A DNA stretch of 64,000 nucleotides from an uncultured Planctomycetota bacterium (GCA_963752285.1 CAVVXN010000003.1:416001-480000); one strand, 5' to 3'; positions 28,401 through 36,316 are shown, counted from the stretch's first letter. Numbers and translations are program-made. Notes: a model not told the origin generated them from the letters alone.

Positions 28401-28716
28401 CTCGGGATCGGGGATCGCCGCGGTGGTCCTGGATGCGGTCATGCCGGGGATGGGCGGAATCGCGACCCTGAACGGCATCCGCGACATCGATCCCCACGTC
28501 CCGGTCCTGGTGTGCAGCGGCCTGGGCGACGTCGCCACGGAACAGGCCTTCGCCGACCAAGGCGTCGCGGGGTTCCTGCACAAGCCCTTCACCCTCCACG
28601 ACCTGGCCGCGCGGATCGCCGCGTGCTGCCCAGGGTCGCTTTCGCCCTCGGCCGGCAGTTCCGCGCCCGACCCCGGGCGACGGAGCGCATCCGAACGCGG
28701 CTCCGCAGCGCCCTGA
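25405..28716 (+). CDS. CheB methylesterase-CheR methyltransferase-PAS-histidine kinase-receiver hybrid
   Basis: CheB GTSAGG/VQHLDP/LSGAGSDG; CheR RIWVPGCSTGEEAYS, SCRNLLIY; NEELxxxNEEL coiled coil; HK AGVAHDFNN, DTGAGM, PFFTTK, GRGLGL; receiver LVVDDE...LDAVMPGMGG...KPF; start inferred. Confidence 0.9.
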   Translation: MSSLPSESTNDAATAERPVETSVQGRAPDPVPVVAIGTSAGGLAACTSFLEHVPTDTGLAFVIVQHLDPSHESHLVELLAKATSMPVVQITNGTDLIPNRVHVIPPAAVLTIAAGRLQLLPRESPRLPMPIDTFLRALAEDRREDAIAVILSGAGSDGSLGVEAVWDRGGFVLAQEPLDAAFDSMPRRAIATGCVDSVLPAAELGPMIARISRGSTLLRAPRPPHSDERPEDRALKGELIQRLRRATGIDFGQYRSSTVDRRLRRRVSLRGFPGLREYSDHVRDDPGELQSLARDLLIPVTRFFRDPEAFDSLAQTAFPDLIRRAAADPVVRIWVPGCSTGEEAYSIAMTFMETAQRMQSAVTCQVFATDVNDTLLKQARRATYPQHIEADVSRERLARFFTRTNDHFHVQRDIRDLCAFSRHDLLSDPPLSRMDLVSCRNLLIYVASGQRRALGALHFALEPGGYLLLGRSESVGAAPELFEAVGTDTGLFRARASVIGRRSARVGGARDARRRAPTVRLHDVPDLASAYEEIIAANEELQGLNEELESSKEEIEAANEELMTLNQELRSRNAALDVARGFSEATIDMVRSGLVVLDRDQVVVNANRSFYRMFHLDAPHAERRRLSEVVPAYFQSPAVVRLLQQLRTTDLVLEDVEVEFDLPGHGRRVMVMNALRFTPGEMYLLSIDDVTVTQQLAADRQQSQKMEAIGHLAAGVAHDFNNLLTVVLGGAQVALLDLPKESPIRPILERVGVAARRAADLTHQLLAYAGKSRAYVESVDLSDLVTQSANLLHASIPSHVKLRLDLERNLPRLLADRSQMHQVVVNLVTNAIEAVGDAAGGVLVRTGRQMVTPGEAPGPGPCDRLPPGEYVFLEVQDTGAGMTPQTQRQMFDPFFTTKFTGRGLGLAAVQGIVRQHRGTVLVTSVVGRGTAVRVLLAISQDPETTATTGGGPPLPRGTATILVVDDEPLVLGSTQLALESLGYRVVTATGGAEALRSLRSGSGIAAVVLDAVMPGMGGIATLNGIRDIDPHVPVLVCSGLGDVATEQAFADQGVAGFLHKPFTLHDLAARIAACCPGSLSPSAGSSAPDPGRRSASERGSAAP

Positions 28717-28981
28717 GCGGTGAGGGGGCCCAGGCCGCCGGTCGTCCGAAGCGGGGCGTCGGCCCCCCAGCCCGCCGGTCCGACCGCTCCGACACGTCGT
28801 CCATCCCCTCGACGCGGGCGCCCGCCGCGACCCCGCCCCTCGTGGGACCCGCCCCCCGAGCGCACCGCCCGGGCGTCGTCGCCGCCGTCTCCCGCACGCT
28901 GGCGTCGCGCTCGCATCGCGAGCGAGGGTCGGGCGCGCGGGTCCGGAAAAGGGGGGAAGCGGTCGTTGGCTCGCGTGCGCG

Positions 28982-29038
28982 GGTCGCCACCACCACCAGC
29001 ATCTCGATCAGCGGGAAGCCGGCCTGGCGCAGCCGTCG
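28982..29038 (-). pseudogene. Relic of a prepilin-type N-terminal cleavage/methylation motif
   Basis: Reverse strand reads RRLRQAG-FPLIEMLVVVAT, but with no nearby in-frame start and no continuation of the hydrophobic helix. Confidence 0.4.
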
Positions 29039-29389
29039 GTCTTCTCCACCCGTGCTCCACCCGTGCTCCTCCCGAGCACCTGCGGTCCCGGCCGGAGCGG
29101 ACCGCCCGCCTCGGCCTCGAGCCCTGTGGGTAGGGAGCCGGGGCGCGCGCACGCGCACGGTTCGTAGCTTTCTCCGCGTCGCGCACGAGCGACGTGGAGC
29201 GGCAAAGGACTCGTGTCGGGGCCGCCGCACGGACGAGCTCATCCGTATCGCGCCCGCTACACCTAACCTCTCCGCGTACGTCGATCGAGGTAGGTCGATC
29301 TCCACGACCGTGGGTGGACGCGTCGGTGAGCGAGGGGTCCAATGTGCCTGGAACGTGGTTGCACCACCCGAATTCGAGAGGAAGGTCCG

Positions 29390-29848
29390 ATGACCATCGT
29401 TGCCGCCGATGCTCGCGTCGAGATCGCGAAGGCCGCCAGCCGTCTGCTCGCGGACAGCTACACGCTCTACCTCAAGACCCACAACTTCCACTGGAACGTA
29501 CGGGGGCCGATGTTCTCGAGCCTCCACACGCTCTTCGAGACCGAGTACACCGAGCTCGCTCTCGCGGTGGACGAGATCGCCGAGCGGATCCGCGCCCTGG
29601 GCCAGGACGCGCCGGGGAGCTGGACCCAGTTCAAGAAGCTCGCCACGGTCGAGGAGGCGACGGACGTCCCCTCCGCCGACGGGATGGTCCGTCGTCTCGC
29701 CGACGACCAGGACAAGATCGTCGCCTCGGCGAAGCGGCTCTTCGACGCCGCGGACGAGGCGGGCGACCAGGCGAGCGCGGACCTCGCGGTGCGTCGCATC
29801 CAGGTCCACGAGAAGAACGCCTGGATGCTCCGAAGCCAGCTCGCCTGA
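29390..29848 (+). CDS. dps: Dps DNA starvation/stationary phase protection protein
   Basis: LADSYTLYLKTHNFHWNVRGP, LHTLFE, DEIAERIRALG, HEKNAWML. Confidence 0.95.
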   Translation: MTIVAADARVEIAKAASRLLADSYTLYLKTHNFHWNVRGPMFSSLHTLFETEYTELALAVDEIAERIRALGQDAPGSWTQFKKLATVEEATDVPSADGMVRRLADDQDKIVASAKRLFDAADEAGDQASADLAVRRIQVHEKNAWMLRSQLA

Positions 29849-29853
29849 CTGTA

Positions 29854-29902
29854 CGGAGCCAGGCTCCTGTCGCTCGTCCGTCACGCGCGGAGCCTGGCTC
29901 CG
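29854..29902. terminator. Strong hairpin between convergent genes (possible bidirectional terminator or small repeat)
   Basis: Perfect 14-bp stem CGGAGCCAGGCTCC / GGAGCCTGGCTCCG starting a few bp after the dps stop. Confidence 0.5.
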
Positions 29903-29956
29903 ACGGCTCGTCACGGTGTCCCTCGCGCCGCGCGGCGCGAGGGACGAGGATGCCGG

Positions 29957-30289
29957 TCAGGCGCGCTCGTTCGCGCCGTGGGCGTGCCCGTGCCGGCAGC
30001 CGTGGCCGTGGCGGCCCCTGCCGCAACCGCAGCCTGCTCCGCCGTGGCCCTCTTCGCCGTGGCCGCGGCGGCGACGCCTCGCGGAGGGAGAGCGATGCGC
30101 GTGCGTCTCGCCTTCGGGCGCGGCCGTCGTCGTCTCCGAGGCGGACGCTCGGCCGGCCTCGGCGATCGCGGGCTCGTTCGCGGCGCGGGGACTGCATCCG
30201 CACGCGTGCCGGCGCCGGCGACGGTGCCGGCGACGGTGCCGGGGGGGGAGACCCTCGACGGGGGTCGGGGGGGATTCGGGTTCCGACAT
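29957..30289 (-). CDS. Small Arg/His/Cys/Gly-rich protein (110 aa), possible metal-binding
   Basis: Strong RBS GAGGAGAAGCC-ATG; RHRRRHRRRRRHACGC...HGEEGHGGAGCGCGRGRHGHGCRHGHAH; follows the DUF134 gene. Confidence 0.55.
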   Translation of the reverse strand: MSEPESPPTPVEGLPPRHRRRHRRRRRHACGCSPRAANEPAIAEAGRASASETTTAAPEGETHAHRSPSARRRRRGHGEEGHGGAGCGCGRGRHGHGCRHGHAHGANERA

Positions 30290-30329
30290 GGCTTCTCCTC
30301 GATGGATGGGGGGAGAGGTGCGTGTCGCG

Positions 30330-30713
30330 TCAGGTGGCGTGACGGGGGCCGCGCCCCCGGCATCGGCAGCGCCGGCCGACCCGCTCGGGGCCGTGCACGG
30401 GGCAGGGGCCCCGACGGGCGCGGTGTTCGACGACCACGCCGCCGCCGATCTCGAGCGCCGCACCCTGGACGAGCGCGCGCGCGACGGTGCGGCGCGCGGC
30501 CTCGAGGACGCGGGCGAAGGTCGCGCGCGACACGCCCATGCGCCGCGCGGCCTCCTCCTGATAGAGACCCTCGTGATCGGCGAGGCGGAGCGCCTCGAGG
30601 CCGTCCCACGAGAGGACGAGTCGCTCGAGCCGCGACATCGGGACGCCCTGGGGCTTCACGACGTGCGCCTCGGGCGCGTCGGCCACGCGTCGGGGCTGGA
30701 CGGGACGCGACAT
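30330..30713 (-). CDS. DUF134 (UPF0251) predicted DNA-binding protein
   Basis: MSRPVQPRRV...KPQGVP...LEALRLADHEGLYQEEAARRMGVSRATFARVLEAARRTVARALVQGAALEIGGG; Cys-containing tail. Confidence 0.9.
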   Translation of the reverse strand: MSRPVQPRRVADAPEAHVVKPQGVPMSRLERLVLSWDGLEALRLADHEGLYQEEAARRMGVSRATFARVLEAARRTVARALVQGAALEIGGGVVVEHRARRGPCPVHGPERVGRRCRCRGRGPRHAT

Positions 30714-30725
30714 CCGGCACCTCTG

Positions 30726-30747
30726 GTTGTGAGCATATGCTCAGAAC
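30726..30747. promoter_or_regulatory. Palindromic operator upstream of the DUF134 gene
   Basis: Perfect 14-bp palindrome TGAGCATATGCTCA (30730-30743), extended by GTT/AAC flanks; AT-rich in a GC-rich background; 16 bp from the start codon. Confidence 0.65.
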
Positions 30748-30781
30748 AGGCCGTGTCCACCCCCGGTCGTGCCGATCCGGG

Positions 30782-31564
30782 TCAGGCGTCCGGCTGGGCG
30801 CCGTCGGGCCGCGCGAGGCGGATCGAGAGCGGCACCTCGAGGCCGTGGGCCCGGAGCAGCTCGGCGTCCGCGAGGACCGTCCGCGGCGCGCCCTCCGCGA
30901 CCACGCGGCCCTCGTCGAGGAGCACGACGCGCGAGCAGAGCTCGAGCACGCTCTCGAGGTCGTGGGTCGCGAGGAGGCACGCGTCGCTCCGGCTGCAAAG
31001 CAGCCCGAGCACGCGCCTGCGCGCCCGCGGGTCGAGCCCGTTCGTCGGCTCGTCGAGCGCGAGGAGGCGGGGGCGCATCGACAGGACCGTCGCCAGGGAG
31101 GCCGCTCGGCGCTCGCCGCCCGAGAGCCGGTAGGGCACGCGCTCCTCGAAGCCCTCGAGACCGACGGCCGCGAGGGCCGCGCGCACGCGCTCCCTGACCT
31201 CGTCCTCGTCGAGCCCCATCTGGCGCGGGCCGAAAGCCACGTCCTCGCCGACGGTCGGCATGAAGAGCTGGTCGTCGGGGTCCTGGAACACGAGACCGAC
31301 CTTCGCGCGGACCTCGCGCGTCGTCTTCCTCGACAGGGTCACGCCGTCGACGACCACCGTGCCCGTGGCGCCCAGGAGCCCGACGAGCGAGAGGAGCAGG
31401 GTGGACTTGCCGGCACCGTTCGGGCCGACGAGCCCCACCCGCTCGCCGTCCGCGATCTCGAGCGTGATCCCGGCGAGCGCGATCTGGCCTTCCTCGTACG
31501 CGTAGGAGAGGTCCCGGACCTCCAGCACGGGCGAGCGGGACCGGGTCGCGTCGGGCGCGGTCAC
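30782..31564 (-). CDS. cbiO: ECF Ni/Co transporter ATPase (CbiO/NikO)
   Basis: GPNGAGKST, VFQDPDDQLFMPTVGEDVAFGP, LSGGERR, LDEPT; GTGA-coupled to cbiQ. Confidence 0.9.
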   Translation of the reverse strand: MTAPDATRSRSPVLEVRDLSYAYEEGQIALAGITLEIADGERVGLVGPNGAGKSTLLLSLVGLLGATGTVVVDGVTLSRKTTREVRAKVGLVFQDPDDQLFMPTVGEDVAFGPRQMGLDEDEVRERVRAALAAVGLEGFEERVPYRLSGGERRAASLATVLSMRPRLLALDEPTNGLDPRARRRVLGLLCSRSDACLLATHDLESVLELCSRVVLLDEGRVVAEGAPRTVLADAELLRAHGLEVPLSIRLARPDGAQPDA

Positions 31565-32337
31565 GGCGCGAGCCAGACGCCGCGAAGTCGGAGGCCCAAC
31601 GCGAGGAACACGGTCAGGGCGAGGAAGAGCAGGTCCGTCGGGCGGAGCCGTCCGCTCGGCGTGGGCACGAAGGTTCCGTCGAAGCCGCGCGCCGACATGG
31701 CCTGGCTCACGCGCTCGGAGCGGTCGAGCGAGCGGAGGAAGAGCGTGGCGAGCGAGGAGGAGAGGGCGACCACGCCGTGCGAGACCGAGACGGGGCCCAC
31801 GCGGCGGGCGGCCGCGGCGCGGCTCCGGCGCTCGTACTCGTCCACGACCAGGAAGAGGTAGCGGTACGTGAACACCACCTGCATTGCGAGGAGACGCGGG
31901 ACGCCGAGCGAGGACATCGCGCCCGCGAGGCGGCCGACGCGGGTCGTCGTGACGAGGGGGAGGAGCGCGAGCATCGAGATCAGGTACTTGAGGACGATGG
32001 CCGCTCCGGTCACGAAGCCCGCCCGCATCGTCGCGGAGAGGGGTCCCAGGGTCACCGTGACGGGCGCCGTCTCGAACAGTGCGTTCGCGCCGCCCATCAG
32101 CAGGGCGAAGGGCGAGAAGAGGAGGACGCGGCGCGCGACGAAGCCGAGCGGCACCCCGGACACGAGGACGGCGACGAGCGGGGGGACGAGATAGGGGAAG
32201 AGCCCCTGGAGCTCCGTCCGCGGCTCGCTGACGGCCGCGCCCGTGAAGACGAGCGCGGCGAGGAGCTTCACGCGCGCGTCGAGCCGATGGACCGGGCTGT
32301 CGCCTCCGGCGTACCGGTCGATGGACGCGTGGTGCAA
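31561..32337 (-). CDS. cbiQ: ECF Ni/Co transporter T component (CbiQ/NikQ)
   Basis: SPVHRLDARVKL, TYRYLFL, AAARR and AMSARGF (ARG motifs); TTG start inferred. Confidence 0.88.
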   Translation of the reverse strand: MHHASIDRYAGGDSPVHRLDARVKLLAALVFTGAAVSEPRTELQGLFPYLVPPLVAVLVSGVPLGFVARRVLLFSPFALLMGGANALFETAPVTVTLGPLSATMRAGFVTGAAIVLKYLISMLALLPLVTTTRVGRLAGAMSSLGVPRLLAMQVVFTYRYLFLVVDEYERRSRAAAARRVGPVSVSHGVVALSSSLATLFLRSLDRSERVSQAMSARGFDGTFVPTPSGRLRPTDLLFLALTVFLALGLRLRGVWLAP

Positions 32338-32372
32338 GGTCTCGCCTCGGTCTCCGGAAGGGGCCGGGCCCC

Positions 32373-33383
32373 CTAGGTCGTCCGGTGGGACGGCGTCCGG
32401 GGCGCGGGCGCCCGGAGGAGACGACCGAAGAGATACACCAGCCCGAAGACGAGGAGGAGCCCGAGCACGCCCGAGACGCTCGTCCAGTACCACCTCTGGT
32501 CGGGGCGGTTGTAGTCCGGGAAGAGGGCGATCCGGCTCGAGAGACGGTCGGCCGCCTCCGCGGGCGTCTCCTCCGTCGCACCGGGTTCGGGGTGCCCCGC
32601 GAGCACGTGCTGGTGGGCGACGGTCGATTCGAGCCCGTCGGGCGAGGTCGCCGCCGCGAGCGAGAACAGCCCGCCCACGACGAGCGCCGCGGCGAGGATG
32701 CTCGCGATCGCCGTCTTGACCGGCAGGCCCTCGTTCGCCGCCACGCGGCCCGGGACGAGGTCCGGACGGAGACGGCCGAGGGCCAGGAGCGCCGCGAACG
32801 TGATCAGCCCCTCGCCGGTCCCGATCAGGACGTGGACGCCGACCATGGCGCCGAAGAAGACGTGGAAGGGGATCTGGCTCACGCCCGACAGCCCCACCTC
32901 GATCGGCACGAGCGTCGCGCCCCCGACGACGGCGCCCATCGAGGCGAGGAACGCCGCGCCGTAGAGCCGGACCGGCGTGAGCCGCTCGCGACGGCCGACC
33001 ATCGCGCGGTACAGCGCGTAGCCGACGTACGAGCCGAAGACGCCCATGTTCAGGATGTTCGCGCCGAGGGCCAGGAGCCCTCCGTCCTGAAACACGAGGC
33101 ACTGGACGATCAGGATCGCCGCCATCGCCAGCACGGCGGCGTCCGGTCCGAGGAGGATCGCGAGGAGCGCGCCTCCCACGAAGTGTCCCGTGGTGCCGGG
33201 GAGCACCGGGAAGTTGACCATCTGCGCGGCGAACACGAACGCGCCGAGCACGCCGAGCAGCGGCACGCGGCGTTCGTCGAGCGTCTTCTTCGCCCGCACC
33301 GAGGCGACGGCGATGCCCGTCGCCGAGATCACACCGCATCCGGCCGCGACCGGGATCGACAGGAGCTCGTTGCCCATGTGCAT
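32373..33383 (-). CDS. cbiM: ECF Ni/Co transporter S component CbiM/NikM fused to a PDGLE (NikN-type) domain
   Basis: N-terminal MH metal site (MHMGNELL), FAAQMVNFP, GHFVGG, QCLVFQDGG, GANILNMG, C-terminal SPDGLE and LFPDY. Confidence 0.9.
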   Translation of the reverse strand: MHMGNELLSIPVAAGCGVISATGIAVASVRAKKTLDERRVPLLGVLGAFVFAAQMVNFPVLPGTTGHFVGGALLAILLGPDAAVLAMAAILIVQCLVFQDGGLLALGANILNMGVFGSYVGYALYRAMVGRRERLTPVRLYGAAFLASMGAVVGGATLVPIEVGLSGVSQIPFHVFFGAMVGVHVLIGTGEGLITFAALLALGRLRPDLVPGRVAANEGLPVKTAIASILAAALVVGGLFSLAAATSPDGLESTVAHQHVLAGHPEPGATEETPAEAADRLSSRIALFPDYNRPDQRWYWTSVSGVLGLLLVFGLVYLFGRLLRAPAPRTPSHRTT

Positions 33384-33523
33384 GGGGGTTCCTCCCGCGG
33401 GTCGCGAGCCGGTCCCACCCGAGGCCGCGGCGGCCCGGCGGCCGGTCCCGGGCGAGGAGTCATTGGACCCCTCCGGGTGGGGCGGTCAAGCAGCGCGCTC
33501 GGATCGCGTCCTTCTCGACCTCC

Positions 33524-34552
33524 TCAACGGGTCGCGGCGACCGCCTCGGCGAACGCGCTCGCGTCCTCGGCGAGGACGTGCGCGTAGTCCTCTTCGACGC
33601 GATCGGGCCGGCTCGAGAGACCGTCGTGGATCACGACGCTCGTGAGCCGGAGGGCCTCGCGGAGTCCCTGCTCGACCTCCGGTCGCGGCGGCTTCGCCCA
33701 GAGGAGGAGGCGCGCGCCGGACGACGCGGCCGCCGCCCTCATGCGACCGAGGTCCTCGTCCGAGGGCGCGCTCGCGGGGTCGAGCGGCGCCGGTACGAGG
33801 TTCCAGCCGTAGTGCCGCGCGAGATACGCGAACGTCGGATGCGTCACCAGCAGGGGACGTCCGTCGAGCGCCTTCGTGGCCCTCGCGAACGTCGCGTCGG
33901 CGCCGTCGAGGTCCTTCGCGAGCGCGGCGTAGCCGCTCTCGAAGCGCGTGCTCTCGTCGGGCAGGCGCCGCGCGAGGGCCTCCTCGATCACCTTCGCCTG
34001 TCGCACCGCGTCCTTCGGGTCGAGCCAGGTGTAGGGATCCGTTCCGGCGTGGCTGTGCGGGCCCTCCGGGCCGTGGGAGTGGACGATCGCGTTCGGGATG
34101 ACGATCCGCTCGTCATGGAGCGGCGCCCCCGTGTCCACCACCGCCGAGACGGGGAGGGAGACGATCGCGGCCCAGGTCTCGAAGTCCGACCCGTTCAGGA
34201 GGATCAGGTCCGCGCGCTGGACCCGTTCGATGAGGCCCGGCTCCTTCTGGATCGCCCGCAGCACCTCCTCGGAGTCCGCGGAGGGCAGGGGGCAGGTCAC
34301 ATCGACCGCGTCGCCCGCGATGCGTCGCGCGAAGCTCGCGAGCGGCGGCGTGCTCGCCACGACCTGGAGCCGGTGCCGACCCTCCGGCGTCGCCCTGTGC
34401 GCCTCCGGCTCGCCACCGCACGAGTTCAAGGAGACGAGTGCGAGGGCGACGAGCGGGACCGCGAGCAGCGACAGCCGGCGCGAGGGGGCGGGAAGGTGCG
34501 ACACGGGACTCGTTCGACGCGAGAGGCTCCGTCCCGCGCGGGGGGCGGTCAA
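33524..34552 (-). CDS. Metal ABC substrate-binding lipoprotein (ZnuA/TroA cluster A-I-like)
   Basis: Lipobox-like LNSC, ADLILLNG, His-rich loop HSHGPEGPHSH, DPYTWLDP, LVTHPTFAYLARHYG; start uncertain. Confidence 0.82.
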   Translation of the reverse strand: MTAPRAGRSLSRRTSPVSHLPAPSRRLSLLAVPLVALALVSLNSCGGEPEAHRATPEGRHRLQVVASTPPLASFARRIAGDAVDVTCPLPSADSEEVLRAIQKEPGLIERVQRADLILLNGSDFETWAAIVSLPVSAVVDTGAPLHDERIVIPNAIVHSHGPEGPHSHAGTDPYTWLDPKDAVRQAKVIEEALARRLPDESTRFESGYAALAKDLDGADATFARATKALDGRPLLVTHPTFAYLARHYGWNLVPAPLDPASAPSDEDLGRMRAAAASSGARLLLWAKPPRPEVEQGLREALRLTSVVIHDGLSSRPDRVEEDYAHVLAEDASAFAEAVAATR

Positions 34553-34570
34553 GGATCCGCGCCGGTCGAA

Positions 34571-34599
34571 TTGACCCTGGCCGGTCCCGGTGGCAGCAT
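34571..34599 (+). promoter_or_regulatory. Candidate sigma70-type promoter for the RcnA-like gene
   Basis: TTGACC-N17-CAGCAT, 18 bp upstream of ATG 34618. Confidence 0.3.
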
Positions 34600-34617
34600 C
34601 CCCCGCGGAGTGCCTCG

Positions 34618-36276
34618 ATGACCGCGCGCATCCGAAGGGCCCTGCTGGTCGTCGTCCTCTCGCTCGCGCTCCCGTCGGCGGCGTTCGCGCATCCGCCCGA
34701 CACGGTGATCCAGCGGACGACGGTCGAGGTGACCCGGGACGGCGTCTCGCTGGCGTACCGGAGCCTCTACGGCGCCACCCTGGCGCACCTGAAGGTCGTC
34801 CGCGCCGACCGGGACGACGACGGGAAGCTGTCGCCCGACGAGGAGACGGCGGCGCTCGCGGAGCAGGCGAAGGAGGTGGAGGCGAACCTGAGCGTCCGTC
34901 TCGACGGCCGACCGTTGGCCCTCGCGCTCGCCCGCGGCGAGATCGACGCCGTGACGCCCGGAACGTGGGCGGACGGGATGGAGACGGTGCTGACGCTCGA
35001 GGCGAAGGCCTCCGGCCTCGAGGAGGGGACGCACGCGCTCGAGATCCGGGACGACAACGTCCCCGACGCGGCGCTGGCCTCGCTGACGTACTACGTCCGC
35101 GCGGGCGGTGAGACGGAGGCCCTCTCCGTCTCGAAGGACGCGCGCGCGCTCACGTGGCGCTTCCGCGGCGTCCTGGGCGGGCCCGGCGCCCTCTCGGCGC
35201 CGCCCGTGCGCCCGGGCGGCGCCGCGGAGGGCGGGCACGAGACCTCGACCCTCGAGCGGCTCATGGGCGAGAAGGACCTGACGCTCGGGTTCGTGCTCTT
35301 CGCCCTCGTGCTCGCCATGGGCCTCGGCGCGGTCCACGCGCTCTCGCCGGGCCACGGGAAGACGCTCGTCGCGGCGTACCTCGTGGGGTCGCAGGGGCGC
35401 GTGCGCGAGGCCGTGTTCCTCGGGCTCGTCGTCACGCTGACGCACGTCTCGAGCGTGATCGTCCTCGGCGTCGTGACGCTCGTGCTCTTGGAGCACTACC
35501 TGCCGCAGCAGATCTACCCGTGGCTCGGGGTGACGAGCGGCGCCCTCGTCTTCACCGTCGGCTACGTCCTGCTCGTCCGTATGGCGCTGGGGATCCGCGG
35601 GCACGCGCACGTGCACGGGCCGGGCGGCGTCCACCTGCCGGGGACCGGGCACGAGCACGACCACGAACACGAACACGGGCACGCGCATCAAGGCGAGCCC
35701 GCGCACGACCACGAGCACCCGCACGACCACGAGCATCCGCACGACCACGGGCATCCGCACGACCACGAGCACCCGCACGCGCATCCCCACGGCCAGCCAC
35801 ACGAACATCCGCGTGCCCACGGGCACGAACACGAACACGAACACGAGCACGAACACGAGCACGAACACGGGCACGAACACGGTCAGGAACACGTCCACGA
35901 GCATGCGCACGAGCACCCGCACGATCCTTCGGCGCACGAGAGCGAGCCGCGCGCCTCGGCGTGGACGCTCCTCTGGCTCGGTATCTCGGGCGGCATGGTC
36001 CCGTGCCCGTCCGCGCTCGTCGTCCTGCTGATCGCGGTGAACCTCCACCGCGTCGGCTTCGGCCTCCTCCTGATCGGCGCGTTCAGCGTGGGGCTCGCGG
36101 GCGTCCTGATCGGGATCGGGATCCTGATGGTCACGGCCACGCGGCGCATGCGGAAGATCGCGGGCCAGGCGTCGTGGGTGAAGAAGCTCCCGGCGCTGAG
36201 CGCCGGCGTGATCATGCTCGTCGGGATCGCGATGATCGCGAACACGCTCGTGTCGACGGGGATGCTCCGGCTCTGA
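34618..36276 (+). CDS. RcnA/NicO-family Ni/Co transporter with periplasmic N-terminal domain and very long His-rich loop
   Basis: Signal peptide ending AFA-HP; GAVHALSPGHGKTLV, THVSSV and GMVPCPSALVVLL motifs; ~115-aa loop with about 45 His. Confidence 0.85.
   Translation: MTARIRRALLVVVLSLALPSAAFAHPPDTVIQRTTVEVTRDGVSLAYRSLYGATLAHLKVVRADRDDDGKLSPDEETAALAEQAKEVEANLSVRLDGRPLALALARGEIDAVTPGTWADGMETVLTLEAKASGLEEGTHALEIRDDNVPDAALASLTYYVRAGGETEALSVSKDARALTWRFRGVLGGPGALSAPPVRPGGAAEGGHETSTLERLMGEKDLTLGFVLFALVLAMGLGAVHALSPGHGKTLVAAYLVGSQGRVREAVFLGLVVTLTHVSSVIVLGVVTLVLLEHYLPQQIYPWLGVTSGALVFTVGYVLLVRMALGIRGHAHVHGPGGVHLPGTGHEHDHEHEHGHAHQGEPAHDHEHPHDHEHPHDHGHPHDHEHPHAHPHGQPHEHPRAHGHEHEHEHEHEHEHEHGHEHGQEHVHEHAHEHPHDPSAHESEPRASAWTLLWLGISGGMVPCPSALVVLLIAVNLHRVGFGLLLIGAFSVGLAGVLIGIGILMVTATRRMRKIAGQASWVKKLPALSAGVIMLVGIAMIANTLVSTGMLRL
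35650..35925 (+). repeat. Coding tandem repeats (CACGAR / CACGACCACGAGCAYCCG units) encoding HE/HDHEHP tracts
   Basis: 6-bp and 18-bp units visible directly inside the RcnA-like gene. Confidence 0.8.
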
Positions 36277-36316
36277 GACCCCCATCCCCGGGCGGGGCGA
36301 GGGCTTGGAGGTCCCC

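Noticed and set aside
29349..29363. Sigma54-like TGGAAC...TTGCA upstream of dps
   Set aside because: GG to GC spacing is 9 nt rather than the required 10
35650..35925. Tandem repeats as a possible CRISPR array
   Set aside because: Short in-frame His-coding units with no unique spacers and no cas genes
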